A stretch of 63,774 bases of DNA, filler included, from a bacterium (GTDB lineage Bacteria; JAMOTN01): the NCBI GenBank assembly GCA_027062325.1. It is 9 parts of 9 records of this genome, joined end to end, with 100 filler letters (N's around TTAATTAATTAA, not from the genome) between each part and the next. Parts side by side here need not be neighbours in the genome. Positions count along the whole stretch, not along the records: positions 1 to 12,990 come from JAMOTN010000007.1; 8 more parts are not named here. One strand, written 5' to 3'. Each line of letters begins with the position of its first letter. Position 1 is the stretch's first letter. The position numbers were made by a program, and so were the translations under genes. Under the pieces are notes generated by a model. That model had not been told where the DNA came from and ran no database searches. It was given only the letters and a program-made list of their open reading frames with translations. Shown one piece after another: positions 1 through 9,818 of this stretch.

Positions 1-804
1 CTTTCCTGCCCAAACAGAAGCCTCTTTATAATCTCCGGTATAACTTTTCACAATCTTACCATTCTTGAATAATAATGCCCCACATCCTGTTGCTAACCAC
101 ATGCTCCCATCCTTATTAAAGCTGAACTTGCTAACAAAGCTGTGGGGCATATCAACATTTCCTCTCTTTTGAACAAGTTTTCCACCTTCCGCAGTTATTA
201 GATCACCGTACCAACCTCTTTCTGTTATTCCCTTAAAGCTGTACAAACCCAAGGCAGTGGCCACCCACATCTCACCATTTTTTTCTTTAAGGTAGTTTAT
301 ATGCTCACTTTTCAAAATGCTGTTTTTAGGAGTATAGCGTACAGTGCGATTTGGCCCAATCCTTATCAGTCCAGATGAGGAAGCTATCCAAATTTCCCGT
401 CCCAAAATGTCTGCGTCTTTTCCAACTGGACAATCGTAACCCCTCCACTGACCCAATGGAGTGTACACCCATACTGCTCTATCTGTTAAAGCAATTATGC
501 TGCCATCATCTTTTGCCTTAACACTTACAAAATTTCCCTTTTTAATCACTTTAACCTCCCCTGAAGACGTCACTTCATATTTGTAAAGGCCCTTGGGAGT
601 AGCTATGTAAAGTGCATGATATTTACTAGAATAGGATATTGCATTCACTCTCCCTTTGAAAATTTTTTCTATATTTTTAACCTCAATAATTTCTTTTACC
701 TTCTTCTCGGAGTAATAGCATGAACTTAAAGCTAAAGCTAACTGCAAAAGTATTAAAATAAATCCCAGTTTACTTAAAACACCAAACCGTGCAAACACAC
801 GCAT
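1..804 (-). CDS. Lipoprotein with beta-propeller-like repeats; 3' end runs off the window
   Basis: Not in the ORF track; translated by hand. ATG at 804 overlaps the upstream TAA (TAATG). MRVFARFG...LALALSSC lipobox; repeated LYIATPKGL / IWIASSSGL / MWVATALGL blade motifs. Confidence 0.7.
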   Translation of the reverse strand, partial: MRVFARFGVLSKLGFILILLQLALALSSCYYSEKKVKEIIEVKNIEKIFKGRVNAISYSSKYHALYIATPKGLYKYEVTSSGEVKVIKKGNFVSVKAKDDGSIIALTDRAVWVYTPLGQWRGYDCPVGKDADILGREIWIASSSGLIRIGPNRTVRYTPKNSILKSEHINYLKEKNGEMWVATALGLYSFKGITERGWYGDLITAEGGKLVQKRGNVDMPHSFVSKFSFNKDGSMWLATGCGALLFKNGKIVKSYTGDYKEASVWAGK

Positions 805-1817
805 TACCTCCTCAACTCAATCCTTTTTATTCCGGAAGTAGTAGCCAATAAAAGTCCTTCCTTGCTCTTTACAAAATCCAAAACAACACTTCCTGATAAA
901 TCACTTTCACCAACTATCAGTTTCCATTTAGCTTCTTTGAAATGAAACACACCATCACGTGAAGCCGCAAAAAGTTCTCCATCCAAGACCTTCAACCGTG
1001 AGATTTGAACAGGTTTTTTAGAATTTTTAGCATAAATCATGTAATTAAACCATCTGTATCCATCAAAAGATGAAACACCAAAAGCATGTGACACCCATAT
1101 ACTACCATTCCACACAATACAATCTGTAAGATTTGCACTAACTAAGTCAGAATTTGCTGTATTCTTTTCTTCTCTTCCTTCTTGCTTAGTGAAGGGGTTG
1201 GTAACTATCAACAGCCCTTCTTTATTCTTACCAACAACTAAAATCTTTTCCCCCACCTCAATTCTCACAGGATACTTTAACTCCGGCCAAAACTCATCAA
1301 CTTTCAAACCAGTGAACCATTCAACATTTATCTCATTATTCTTTCTATAAGCATTCGCCACATTTTCTTTTGAAAGAGAAGCCACAACAACCCCTTTGGT
1401 CAAAACTGCCATTATCAAACGCCCCTTATAGCACTTAATATCTACTACGGGATATTTCACACTTGCCAACTTTTCAACTTTCAAAATTTTTACCGAACTA
1501 GCATCACAAGCTAACTCAACCCTCTGTATCTCGGACTTTCCTCCTTCACCAATTACTGCAAGATAAACATTAAAGGACTCTTTACTACTCTCTTCAACAC
1601 AAAACGAAGTATATATCACACCTTTTCTATAAGGTAGAAGGGGTATTTCCTTTAAAGAAGCTCCCTCATCCTTCAAAACGCACAAATTGTCGCTCCTCAG
1701 AGCCAAAAGAAGCCCGTTTATATTTGATATTTCAAAATATTCCCGTGAATCACATCTACCACTTTGTGCGGCTAAGCTCAATAATACGAGCATTAGTACC
1801 GTCCCAACGTATCTCAA
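804..1817 (-). CDS. Exported beta-propeller-like protein
   Basis: N-terminal signal peptide; IWVSHAFGV, LFAASRDGV and LLLATTSGI blade-like motifs. Confidence 0.6.
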   Translation of the reverse strand: MRYVGTVLMLVLLSLAAQSGRCDSREYFEISNINGLLLALRSDNLCVLKDEGASLKEIPLLPYRKGVIYTSFCVEESSKESFNVYLAVIGEGGKSEIQRVELACDASSVKILKVEKLASVKYPVVDIKCYKGRLIMAVLTKGVVVASLSKENVANAYRKNNEINVEWFTGLKVDEFWPELKYPVRIEVGEKILVVGKNKEGLLIVTNPFTKQEGREEKNTANSDLVSANLTDCIVWNGSIWVSHAFGVSSFDGYRWFNYMIYAKNSKKPVQISRLKVLDGELFAASRDGVFHFKEAKWKLIVGESDLSGSVVLDFVKSKEGLLLATTSGIKRIELRR

Positions 1818-2040
1818 ACAATATCACCTGCCTATTCTCAGCGTCAACAACAACAAACCTATCATCTCCATCTCCAACTTTTACAGCAGAACACATTGGA
1901 GCACTTATCACACCTTTTAAGGAAGAGATCTCTACTTTTAACATTTTTGCAACTTCTCTGGCATTAATAATAGTAGCCAACGAAACAACAATCACCACTA
2001 AGATGACAATGGCAAGCTCTTTAATACGCAACTTTTCCAC
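1756..2040 (-). CDS. Small membrane-anchored hypothetical protein
   Basis: GAGGTGG SD before GTG at 2040; one hydrophobic helix; overlaps the called start of the next gene. Confidence 0.5.
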   Translation of the reverse strand: MEKLRIKELAIVILVVIVVSLATIINAREVAKMLKVEISSLKGVISAPMCSAVKVGDGDDRFVVVDAENRQVILFEIRWDGTNARIIELSRTKW

Positions 2041-2119
2041 AATTACCACCTCTCTTTAATTCATAATATCACACGCCGATTGTATTTTTGAAATACTAAG
2101 CAATTCAGGAGGTATCGCT

Positions 2120-4057
2120 ATGCCTTTTCGCAAGATATATTACTCAAGTATCTTAATTACAATCATCTCAATCGCTACTCTTACCTTTGCCTCAACCATG
2201 GTAGTAGAATCACCAGACGTATGGAGCAAAGTTGTAAACATCTCAAACTCAACAGTTAATGCAACTGAATCTCAAGTTGCAGTAAGTCCAGCTGGTTATG
2301 TGGGAGTAGTATGGATCGAAAACAACCAAGTTAAGTTCTCATGCTTAGATGGAAGCGGAGGGATTTATCAAACTCCGATAACCATATCAACTCCTGCAAA
2401 CGAAGCACGTAATCCAACAGTATGCTTTTTAAATACCACAGCCTACATAGCATGGGAAGAAAACATTGGAGGAACGTGGGAGATAAGATTAAGGAGCTGG
2501 GAGCGAGTCACTAAAACTTTAGGATCCATAAGTGTTCCATTTGGATTAACAGCAATATTTGACAACAACAAAAACTCCACAAACCCAAAAATTTTTTCTT
2601 CGGCCAATTTCATTTACATGGTGTGGCTAGAAGATAGCCTTACAAATAATGAAACAGATAGAGAAGTACTCTTTGCCTGGTACAACACCTTGACCTCTGA
2701 AAGCTCATACGAGGTAGTAACAGATGATCTCATGGATGAAGCAGAACCAGATCTATACGTATTCAACGGTATCGCACACGTAACTTATCTAAAACAAATC
2801 ACCAGAGATGGTGTTCCCACATGGCACGTTTACTATGCAAGAAAAGTACTCGTTGGGGGAGATGAAAATCAATTTCTAGAATTTCCAATATTCACAAACG
2901 GATTATCCGCGAATCCAGTGGTTGCTGCAAATTCAACAGGCGTTATCATTTCCTGGTTGGTGCTCAGTAGCGACAATCAAGGAATATGGGAAGCAGTTAT
3001 CGACTCAAACAACTACGACACAATGGTATTAAAATCCCCTGCTCATAAAGTTTTTTATGTAAATCGCACCGATGTGTGCCGTATATCAGTTGCAGCCGAC
3101 AGTAAAAAATTCTACATAGCTTTTAATGATATATATCCAGAAAACAACACTATCCAAGTTATGTATTCCAAAAGTGAAGACACCCTAAACTGGGCAACTC
3201 CAGAAGCAGTTACATACGACCTAAACTGGTCTCTTCATCCAATGAATCCACACATAAAAGCTCAAAATTCAAATCTGTATCTTGTGTGGGAAGGTGGAGC
3301 TACCAACGACTACATAAAAAATATCTTTGCAAGACTCACCAAAACTAAGATAAAGGAAGCAAGTGTTGGTTTTAAGCAGTTTGATGTGAACCCCGATATA
3401 ACCTCTATATCTCTTACTTTTAGTAAAAGAGTAAACTATTCATCAATTTCTGATAATTTAAAACTCTTAGGAGGCGGGAAAGAAGTTCCTATAACCATTG
3501 TCCCAGTGGACCTTGACAGTATTGGAAGTGTATCCACAATAAGAATAAATATTGAAGAGCCTCTCCAAAAAGGAGTCACATACAACATTCAACTTTCCAA
3601 TAGAATCACGGATATCTGGGGTGACAGCATAGTTCCAAATACCACAACCGATCTCATTGTAGAAGGCTACTGTGTTAACGCTTTTTCAAATGATTATCTA
3701 ATATGGCCGTTTACAACATGTTGCAACAGCGCAGTATCCCCAACAATAGTCCCTATATCTTCATTTTCCCTTTACCCAAACCCTGCTTTCTCTTCGGTTA
3801 GATTTTATTACGTACTCAGAACAGACGTTGACAGTGTGATAATAAAAATCTACTCCACAAACAGAGAGTTGGTTAAATCTTTTATATTCAGAGCCGATGA
3901 TTTTGTTAGGGCAGGTGTACACGAAGTAGAGTGGGATTTAGTGGATCGAGATGGGCACATAGTCTCAAATGGTTTGTACTTTGTGATGATGAAAGTATCA
4001 AGCGCAGGAAATACTCAAACAAAGAGAACAAAACTGGTTGTTATTAAAACTCAATAG
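2120..4057 (+). CDS. Secreted protein with beta-propeller-like repeats, an Ig-like domain and a C-terminal T9SS type A / FlgD-like sorting domain
   Basis: AGGAGG SD; signal peptide; repeated (V/I)xWxE/D motifs; C-terminal YPNP...IKIYS...LVK...WDL...NGLYFV...KLVVIK. Confidence 0.7.
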   Translation: MPFRKIYYSSILITIISIATLTFASTMVVESPDVWSKVVNISNSTVNATESQVAVSPAGYVGVVWIENNQVKFSCLDGSGGIYQTPITISTPANEARNPTVCFLNTTAYIAWEENIGGTWEIRLRSWERVTKTLGSISVPFGLTAIFDNNKNSTNPKIFSSANFIYMVWLEDSLTNNETDREVLFAWYNTLTSESSYEVVTDDLMDEAEPDLYVFNGIAHVTYLKQITRDGVPTWHVYYARKVLVGGDENQFLEFPIFTNGLSANPVVAANSTGVIISWLVLSSDNQGIWEAVIDSNNYDTMVLKSPAHKVFYVNRTDVCRISVAADSKKFYIAFNDIYPENNTIQVMYSKSEDTLNWATPEAVTYDLNWSLHPMNPHIKAQNSNLYLVWEGGATNDYIKNIFARLTKTKIKEASVGFKQFDVNPDITSISLTFSKRVNYSSISDNLKLLGGGKEVPITIVPVDLDSIGSVSTIRINIEEPLQKGVTYNIQLSNRITDIWGDSIVPNTTTDLIVEGYCVNAFSNDYLIWPFTTCCNSAVSPTIVPISSFSLYPNPAFSSVRFYYVLRTDVDSVIIKIYSTNRELVKSFIFRADDFVRAGVHEVEWDLVDRDGHIVSNGLYFVMMKVSSAGNTQTKRTKLVVIKTQ

Positions 4058-4085
4058 TTTGAACAGGGAGGTTAAGGAGAATAAC

Positions 4086-5942
4086 GTGAAAAATATGAGG
4101 AAAAGCAGCAAGTTAAAGATAATTATTGTAAGCCTAATAATCTCGCTATTTTCTACCACAGAAGCTGTAGTGGAAAACTCACTAATAGCTTCTGATTTTG
4201 TGCTCAACTCAACTCAAACTTCCTTAGGAGGTTTATCTGTGGCAGTAGCTGATGATCCAAACTCAGCCACTGTAAACCCAGCAAACGCTGCAGTTCTAGA
4301 AGGTACCCACATTTCTATCACCTCTACGGATTACCTCAATATGGACAATCCCACTACGAAGATATCCTTTAAGCTTCCATTGTGGAGTGCTTTCAACGCC
4401 TCATTTAACTACTCTCACTTCTCCTCTGAAAATATCCCTGTAACAATGTACTCACCAGCCGCATCAAGCTATACCGAGTACAACGAAGATATGTTCGTAT
4501 GGACTTTAGCCAAAAAACTTGCAAATAATAGCACCATAGGCATAAACTACAAATACTTGAAAACCTCCTTTTTAAACTTTGAAGCTGAAAATCACAACAT
4601 CGATATAGGCCTAAACTGGCAGCTCAATCCAAAGATGCGATTTGCACTCTCTTTACAGAATATCCTCGGAACAGATCTCGAATGGGATACCGGATCAAAA
4701 GATTCAACAGAGCGTCGTTTTCTATCAGGAATTTTAATTTCCCCAAATGATAAAATCTCCTTTAATATAGACGTAGCTTACTCCAAGAGTGAAGATATAG
4801 CATTTGCAGCAGGTTTCAGATATCAGTTAACCCCTGCTCTCAAGATAATGGTTGCTAAAAATATAGAGGATAAACTGAGTGCAGGATTAACTCTAAAAAT
4901 CGCCAAAGATATGTTTCTAGATGTAGCATGGGATGATTCAGAACTTGGCTCCTCTTTTCTATTTACAACGAGAATGTCTCTCTCTTCGCTCGGAAAACTA
5001 TTTCCAAAAGCTAAAAAGAAAAAGTCATCTACTCATCCCAAAAAGCTTGATAAGCGCAATTACACCACCCTTAACTCCGGTTATACTAAACGTGTCATTC
5101 CTTTAAAAGAAGAATCTTATCCTACTGGAAGTTACACAGTTCAAGTAAAAGTCGGAGAACAACTACCTGTAAAATACGGAAAAGAAGTCGAAGACTACGT
5201 GAGAAAATTAAAACAGCATGAGCTTGTATTGGAGAAAGTAGAGCCACTTCCTTTCCCCGCTGATAGAAATCAAGAAGCCACCAGAAATAAACTAGCTGTA
5301 AATATTTCAAACCAAACCACAGAAAAATCTAACATCACTCCTTATGAAGCAAAATCAAAAAAGTCGAGTGCCACTCAAACAAAGGCATCTCTTCCAACAA
5401 TACAACTGAACAACTCAAATCAAACAAACACAAAACTTGAAAACGCACCCGTAGCTTCTACCTATCCAAGAACCTCTCAAAACATAAATCAAAATTCTAG
5501 CCCCCGCATCCTCACATCTCAGCAACGTACTAAAGTTGAAGAGCTAAGAAAAAAGGTAGTACAGCTTGAGCATAAAAAAGCGGAAGAGACGCAGAAAAAA
5601 TTCGAACAGCTCCTGAAGAAAGCTAACAATTGCATCGCTAAATCCGACTACAATAGAGCAATAAACCTTCTAGAAGAGGCGGCTCACATAAAAGAGGATG
5701 CAATAATCTTAAAACGCCTTGCCGGACTTTACCAATACGTGGGCCGCGACGAAGACGCAGTCAAAGCCTACAAACGCGCAATTCAGCTTTCTCCTGACGA
5801 CCTTGATTTGTACTTACAACTAGCTTACAGTCTCATAATGACAGACAGAAAAGACGAAGCAAAAGTCGTAGCCACCCAACTTATCAACAAAGCACCACAT
5901 TCTGCCCAAGCCGAGGCTGCACGTAGCTTACTAGGTATGTAA
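4086..5942 (+). CDS. PorV/FadL-like outer-membrane beta-barrel with a low-complexity linker and C-terminal TPRs
   Basis: Signal peptide; SLGG..VAVADD.NSA..NPA motif; alternating beta strands (IGINYKY, DIGLNW, LQNI); Q/N/S/T-rich linker; TPR helices at the C-terminus. Confidence 0.65.
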   Translation: MKNMRKSSKLKIIIVSLIISLFSTTEAVVENSLIASDFVLNSTQTSLGGLSVAVADDPNSATVNPANAAVLEGTHISITSTDYLNMDNPTTKISFKLPLWSAFNASFNYSHFSSENIPVTMYSPAASSYTEYNEDMFVWTLAKKLANNSTIGINYKYLKTSFLNFEAENHNIDIGLNWQLNPKMRFALSLQNILGTDLEWDTGSKDSTERRFLSGILISPNDKISFNIDVAYSKSEDIAFAAGFRYQLTPALKIMVAKNIEDKLSAGLTLKIAKDMFLDVAWDDSELGSSFLFTTRMSLSSLGKLFPKAKKKKSSTHPKKLDKRNYTTLNSGYTKRVIPLKEESYPTGSYTVQVKVGEQLPVKYGKEVEDYVRKLKQHELVLEKVEPLPFPADRNQEATRNKLAVNISNQTTEKSNITPYEAKSKKSSATQTKASLPTIQLNNSNQTNTKLENAPVASTYPRTSQNINQNSSPRILTSQQRTKVEELRKKVVQLEHKKAEETQKKFEQLLKKANNCIAKSDYNRAINLLEEAAHIKEDAIILKRLAGLYQYVGRDEDAVKAYKRAIQLSPDDLDLYLQLAYSLIMTDRKDEAKVVATQLINKAPHSAQAEAARSLLGM

Positions 5943-5958
5943 AACTTCTATCTCCCAC

Positions 5959-6819
5959 TTAATAATACACAGGCATATCTTTCACTATTTTCTTAACAAA
6001 TTCTGGCAATTTGAAAGCCGCTCTGTGCACCTCTTCATTGTAATAACGACAATCCGTAAGTTTTTCTCTTCTCTTCAAAGGTGCTGCTTCAACATCAATA
6101 CTCTCACTCATCACCGCAAAACTCCACAATCCGTTACAGTAAGTCGGTACAAATGCAAGATACAATTTTGCATTAGAAAATACAGGTTTTATAGCATTGT
6201 GCCATAAATCTCCAAGTGTTTCTGCATGGTAAAAAGGACTTTCACTTTGAGATACAGCAATACCTCCCTCATTCAAAGCCTTCTTTATCGCTTCGTAAAA
6301 TGTACGAGAGTATAAAACCTCTGCTGGACCTACAGGATCTGTTGTATCACATATTATAAGATCATACTTTTCAGAAGTTGTAGCAATGTAATTCATTCCA
6401 TCCTGAGCAACTATATTAACTCTACGATCATTAAAACTTGAAGCCAACTCAGGGAAGAAACGCTTACAAACCTCAACCACTTTATCATCAATTTCAACAA
6501 CATCTATTTTTTCAATTTCATCAGAATATGCCAAAAGCCTCTTAACAGTACCACCGTCTCCTCCACCTATCACGAGAACTTTCTTTAGATTTTCCACAAC
6601 TTGCGCCACTGGATGAACAAGCATCTCGTGATAGCAAAACTCATCGCGCTCAGTAAGCATTACCGCTCCACCAAGCATCAGCACTTTCCCGTGATCCTTC
6701 GTTTCAAACACTAATATATCCTGATAATCACTTTTCTCTTGATAAAGAACACGTTCCACTTTAAAAGCCGTTCCAGAATAATTTGTATGAAACTCAGCTG
6801 CCAAGAAAAATGCTCCCAT
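5959..6819 (-). CDS. speE: Polyamine aminopropyltransferase (spermidine synthase family)
   Basis: YHEML, VLVIGGGDGG, VEID, DTTDP, QSESP and HRAAF motifs. Confidence 0.95.
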   Translation of the reverse strand: MGAFFLAAEFHTNYSGTAFKVERVLYQEKSDYQDILVFETKDHGKVLMLGGAVMLTERDEFCYHEMLVHPVAQVVENLKKVLVIGGGDGGTVKRLLAYSDEIEKIDVVEIDDKVVEVCKRFFPELASSFNDRRVNIVAQDGMNYIATTSEKYDLIICDTTDPVGPAEVLYSRTFYEAIKKALNEGGIAVSQSESPFYHAETLGDLWHNAIKPVFSNAKLYLAFVPTYCNGLWSFAVMSESIDVEAAPLKRREKLTDCRYYNEEVHRAAFKLPEFVKKIVKDMPVYY

Positions 6820-6822
6820 CTT

Positions 6823-7293
6823 TTACACCTCACACAGCACAGCCCCTGCAAAGGCTGCCCCAAATTTTTCAACCGTATGTTCAATCGCTATTACTCTTAC
6901 CTCTCTAAGGCTTCTCTTTCTATACGTAAAAGCCTCCCTAACCATTTCTTCAACTATCTTTTCTGCTTCACTTTTAGAAACACCTGGGGCCTCGTACTCC
7001 ATTATCACACCAGCTTCTTGTGGATCTTCAGGAATTCCAACACCTATCGCTGCAACTAACTTCTCGCCCCTCACAGACGAGGTTATTGCAGCATACGCAA
7101 CTGGAACTAAACTACCAGCAGGAAGTTTGATAGGCTCTATCAAACGAACATTAGGTGGGATAATGCTACTCATCTTCATTAAATTCAAATCTCCAACTCC
7201 TGCATCAAGAAGTGCAACATCAAATGCGTTCAATTCAGAAACATTACTTTCCCCTTTCCCTGCTACCAAAAAAAATGCATTATACCCCCTCAT
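6823..7293 (-). CDS. pdaD: Pyruvoyl-dependent arginine decarboxylase
   Basis: ELNAFD.AL.DAG...NL.KMSSIIP with the Ser-Ser autocleavage site; GVIMEY; lies between speD and speE. Confidence 0.9.
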   Translation of the reverse strand: MRGYNAFFLVAGKGESNVSELNAFDVALLDAGVGDLNLMKMSSIIPPNVRLIEPIKLPAGSLVPVAYAAITSSVRGEKLVAAIGVGIPEDPQEAGVIMEYEAPGVSKSEAEKIVEEMVREAFTYRKRSLREVRVIAIEHTVEKFGAAFAGAVLCEV

Positions 7294-7460
7294 TCACTCA
7301 ACCCGCCTTTCAGTAGAGTGAATTTTTTACTGCTCTGAGAAATACCACCCTCACTTACTGGAATGACCGCACCACTAGACGCAACAGCCGTTTTTAGCTC
7401 ATTGAGTAGTACTTTTCCAGCCCCTTTTGCCCCCTCTCCTGCCCTTTTGCAGGATGCAAG

Positions 7461-7883
7461 TCATCCAGCAGCGCTTGCGCTCACTTTTGAAAACTTATCC
7501 TCAAAGTAACTCGCAGCCCTTCTTTCCATGTCAGGCGTTACCTTTCCTCTCTTCAATTCCATAACCATGTAGTTGGAAGCTTTAAGACGTTCTTTTAAAA
7601 CTTCAAATGCCTTCCACGGATCAACTTCTTCTCCACATGTAAAGAGATCTACAGCTGCATATCCATACTCAGGCCATGTGTGAATAGCAAGGTGTGATTC
7701 TGAAATCACAACCACACCGCTTACTCCCTGTGGAGTAAAGGTGTGAAACACACTCTCAATTATGGTGGCTCCTGCCTTGACTGCTGCTTCTCTCATAGCA
7801 GACTCGATGAGCTCCACATCATCAAGAGCTTTAGAAGAACAGTCGTAGTACTCAACAAGAATGTGATGCCCCAGGTGTTTCAT
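7461..7883 (-). CDS. speD: S-adenosylmethionine decarboxylase proenzyme (class 1B)
   Basis: [36 protein letters not shown]; strong AAGGAGG SD. Confidence 0.95.
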   Translation of the reverse strand: MKHLGHHILVEYYDCSSKALDDVELIESAMREAAVKAGATIIESVFHTFTPQGVSGVVVISESHLAIHTWPEYGYAAVDLFTCGEEVDPWKAFEVLKERLKASNYMVMELKRGKVTPDMERRAASYFEDKFSKVSASAAG

Positions 7884-8013
7884 TTTTCCCCCTCCTTTTC
7901 AAGAATTTTTTAACAACTTGTTTCTTACCCTACTTATGCATATATTTTTGTTTGCAAATTTTATCTTACTCTATTTAATAAAACACTTCAAGAGTCAGCC
8001 GATTTATTTTTTG

Positions 8014-9792
8014 ATGAGGAGCGCAATTTTTATTCTATTTGCTGTATTTTTTATCTCTAGCTTATCCGGATGCCTTTCAAACTCTTCTGAAAACATTTCT
8101 ACCACACCACCGCAACCTGAAACAATTGAAAATCTGATATACACAGTATCCACAAGCTCAATAAAACTTTCCTGGAATACAACCGCAACAGCTGCATGTT
8201 CGATCTGTTGGGGAAGATTCAGCACCAGCGAAAACAGTCTTCAAGTTCCTGGTTTGTCAACAACTTTCGAAGTTACAGTAGAAAATCTTCTTCCAGACAG
8301 AGATTACAAACTTGAAATAAAAGCCTTATTTTTAGACAACTCAGTTGCTAAGCAGCTCATCAAATTTAGAACCGAAGCATCAGCATTTGAACCCGCTCAA
8401 CCTGTCCAGATTGAAACTGCACATCTAGTGGCAACATCCTCTATATACGTTAAGTGGTTCCCCTCTTCAAGTTTTAACTTTGTAAGATACTGGCTATGCT
8501 ATTCTACAAACGAAAAAAATTTTTCATTTTACTCAACTTCTTGTGTAAAGGTAGCATCAATAGAAAATCGCTACATCACAGAAAAAACAATTTCAAACCT
8601 AAAAGATGGCTTCACTTATTACTTTAGAGTATTTATTGAGGACAAAAATCAAACTTTTTGGGGAAGTAACATTTATCCTGTCAACATTCCCACATTTGAT
8701 TGGCCTCCTCCTGCTCCAACAGTAGAAGTTCGGGAAGTTTACACATACTTTGCCAGTTTCAAGATAGAATATCCTGCAATTGATGATTTCTCCACATTGG
8801 AGATATACCGCGGCAGTGAATTGGTATACTCAACTGATGAGATGATAAAGACATTTGTTGACTCCCCTCTTGAAGACAACGCAACATATATTTGGACATT
8901 CGTAATCAAAGACAAAGGTGGAAATTCATCCTCAGCAACAATTGAAGCAACAACTTTACCAATAGGACAAATACTAGACTACACTCCTGTGCTGTACGTG
9001 CAAAATGTAATAGAAAATTCTACAAACTCAACTTTCTGGATTATAAATGGAAATCGTCTTTTAAAATTCAAAGCAACTCAGGAGTTGGAAGAGCTTACAC
9101 TCCCAAATGCAATAATTGATGCATCTTTTTCCGCTCCAACTAATCCTCAAGATGATTTTTTTGTACTAAATAGCTCGTACTTAACGTGGATATCATCTTC
9201 AAATCCAAATACTTACTCCAAAGTTTTAAACTCATCTCCGTTAAAAGTCTCCTCAGATTCAGATAAAATAGCTGTATGTTACCAAAACTCAAATGTGGTA
9301 GATGTATTCAACTTCTATTCCAACACTTTCTTTAAAACTGCAAGTCGTTTTACCACCTACAACACAAAAGATTTGATATTACTGTACCCTTACTTATTTG
9401 TCTTGACAACCCAAGAGCTGGAGCTGTTTGATCTCTCGAGCAACAATCCCAGCAAGAAGCTAACGGTATCTTCAGAAGCAAAATTACGCCTTGCATACAA
9501 CAAAATAGTTCTAATTGAAGGAAACAAGATCAAACTTTTCACTACCTCTTCATTTCCAACAAGCATTCTAGAAAAGGATTTTCCCAATCCTGTAATAAAC
9601 GTCGAAAGCTTTTTCTCAAAACTTTACGTGATAACAGAAAATGAAATTGTGATCTTAGATTCTCTTTACAATGTCGATTACTCCATTCCATTTGAAAGAG
9701 CAATCGGAGTAGCATTTTCTCCCGATATCGTTCATCCAAAGTTAACAGTCATAAAAAACGATGGAATTTACGTAATAACAGATAGAATTTAA
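8014..9792 (+). CDS. Lipoprotein with fibronectin type III domains and a C-terminal propeller-like region
   Basis: MRSAIF...LSGC lipobox (ATG 8014 preferred to TTG 7918); SIKLSW...LLPDRDY and LKDGFTYYFRV FnIII signatures. Confidence 0.65.
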   Translation: MRSAIFILFAVFFISSLSGCLSNSSENISTTPPQPETIENLIYTVSTSSIKLSWNTTATAACSICWGRFSTSENSLQVPGLSTTFEVTVENLLPDRDYKLEIKALFLDNSVAKQLIKFRTEASAFEPAQPVQIETAHLVATSSIYVKWFPSSSFNFVRYWLCYSTNEKNFSFYSTSCVKVASIENRYITEKTISNLKDGFTYYFRVFIEDKNQTFWGSNIYPVNIPTFDWPPPAPTVEVREVYTYFASFKIEYPAIDDFSTLEIYRGSELVYSTDEMIKTFVDSPLEDNATYIWTFVIKDKGGNSSSATIEATTLPIGQILDYTPVLYVQNVIENSTNSTFWIINGNRLLKFKATQELEELTLPNAIIDASFSAPTNPQDDFFVLNSSYLTWISSSNPNTYSKVLNSSPLKVSSDSDKIAVCYQNSNVVDVFNFYSNTFFKTASRFTTYNTKDLILLYPYLFVLTTQELELFDLSSNNPSKKLTVSSEAKLRLAYNKIVLIEGNKIKLFTTSSFPTSILEKDFPNPVINVESFFSKLYVITENEIVILDSLYNVDYSIPFERAIGVAFSPDIVHPKLTVIKNDGIYVITDRI

Positions 9793-9818
9793 AATCAAAC
9801 GAACCAAAATCCACAAAA

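Noticed and set aside
7421-7450. GCAAAAGGG repeated twice on the minus strand as a riboswitch or array
   Set aside because: Only two 9-nt copies, and no SAM-I or c-di-GMP riboswitch architecture recognised; covered under the readthrough finding.
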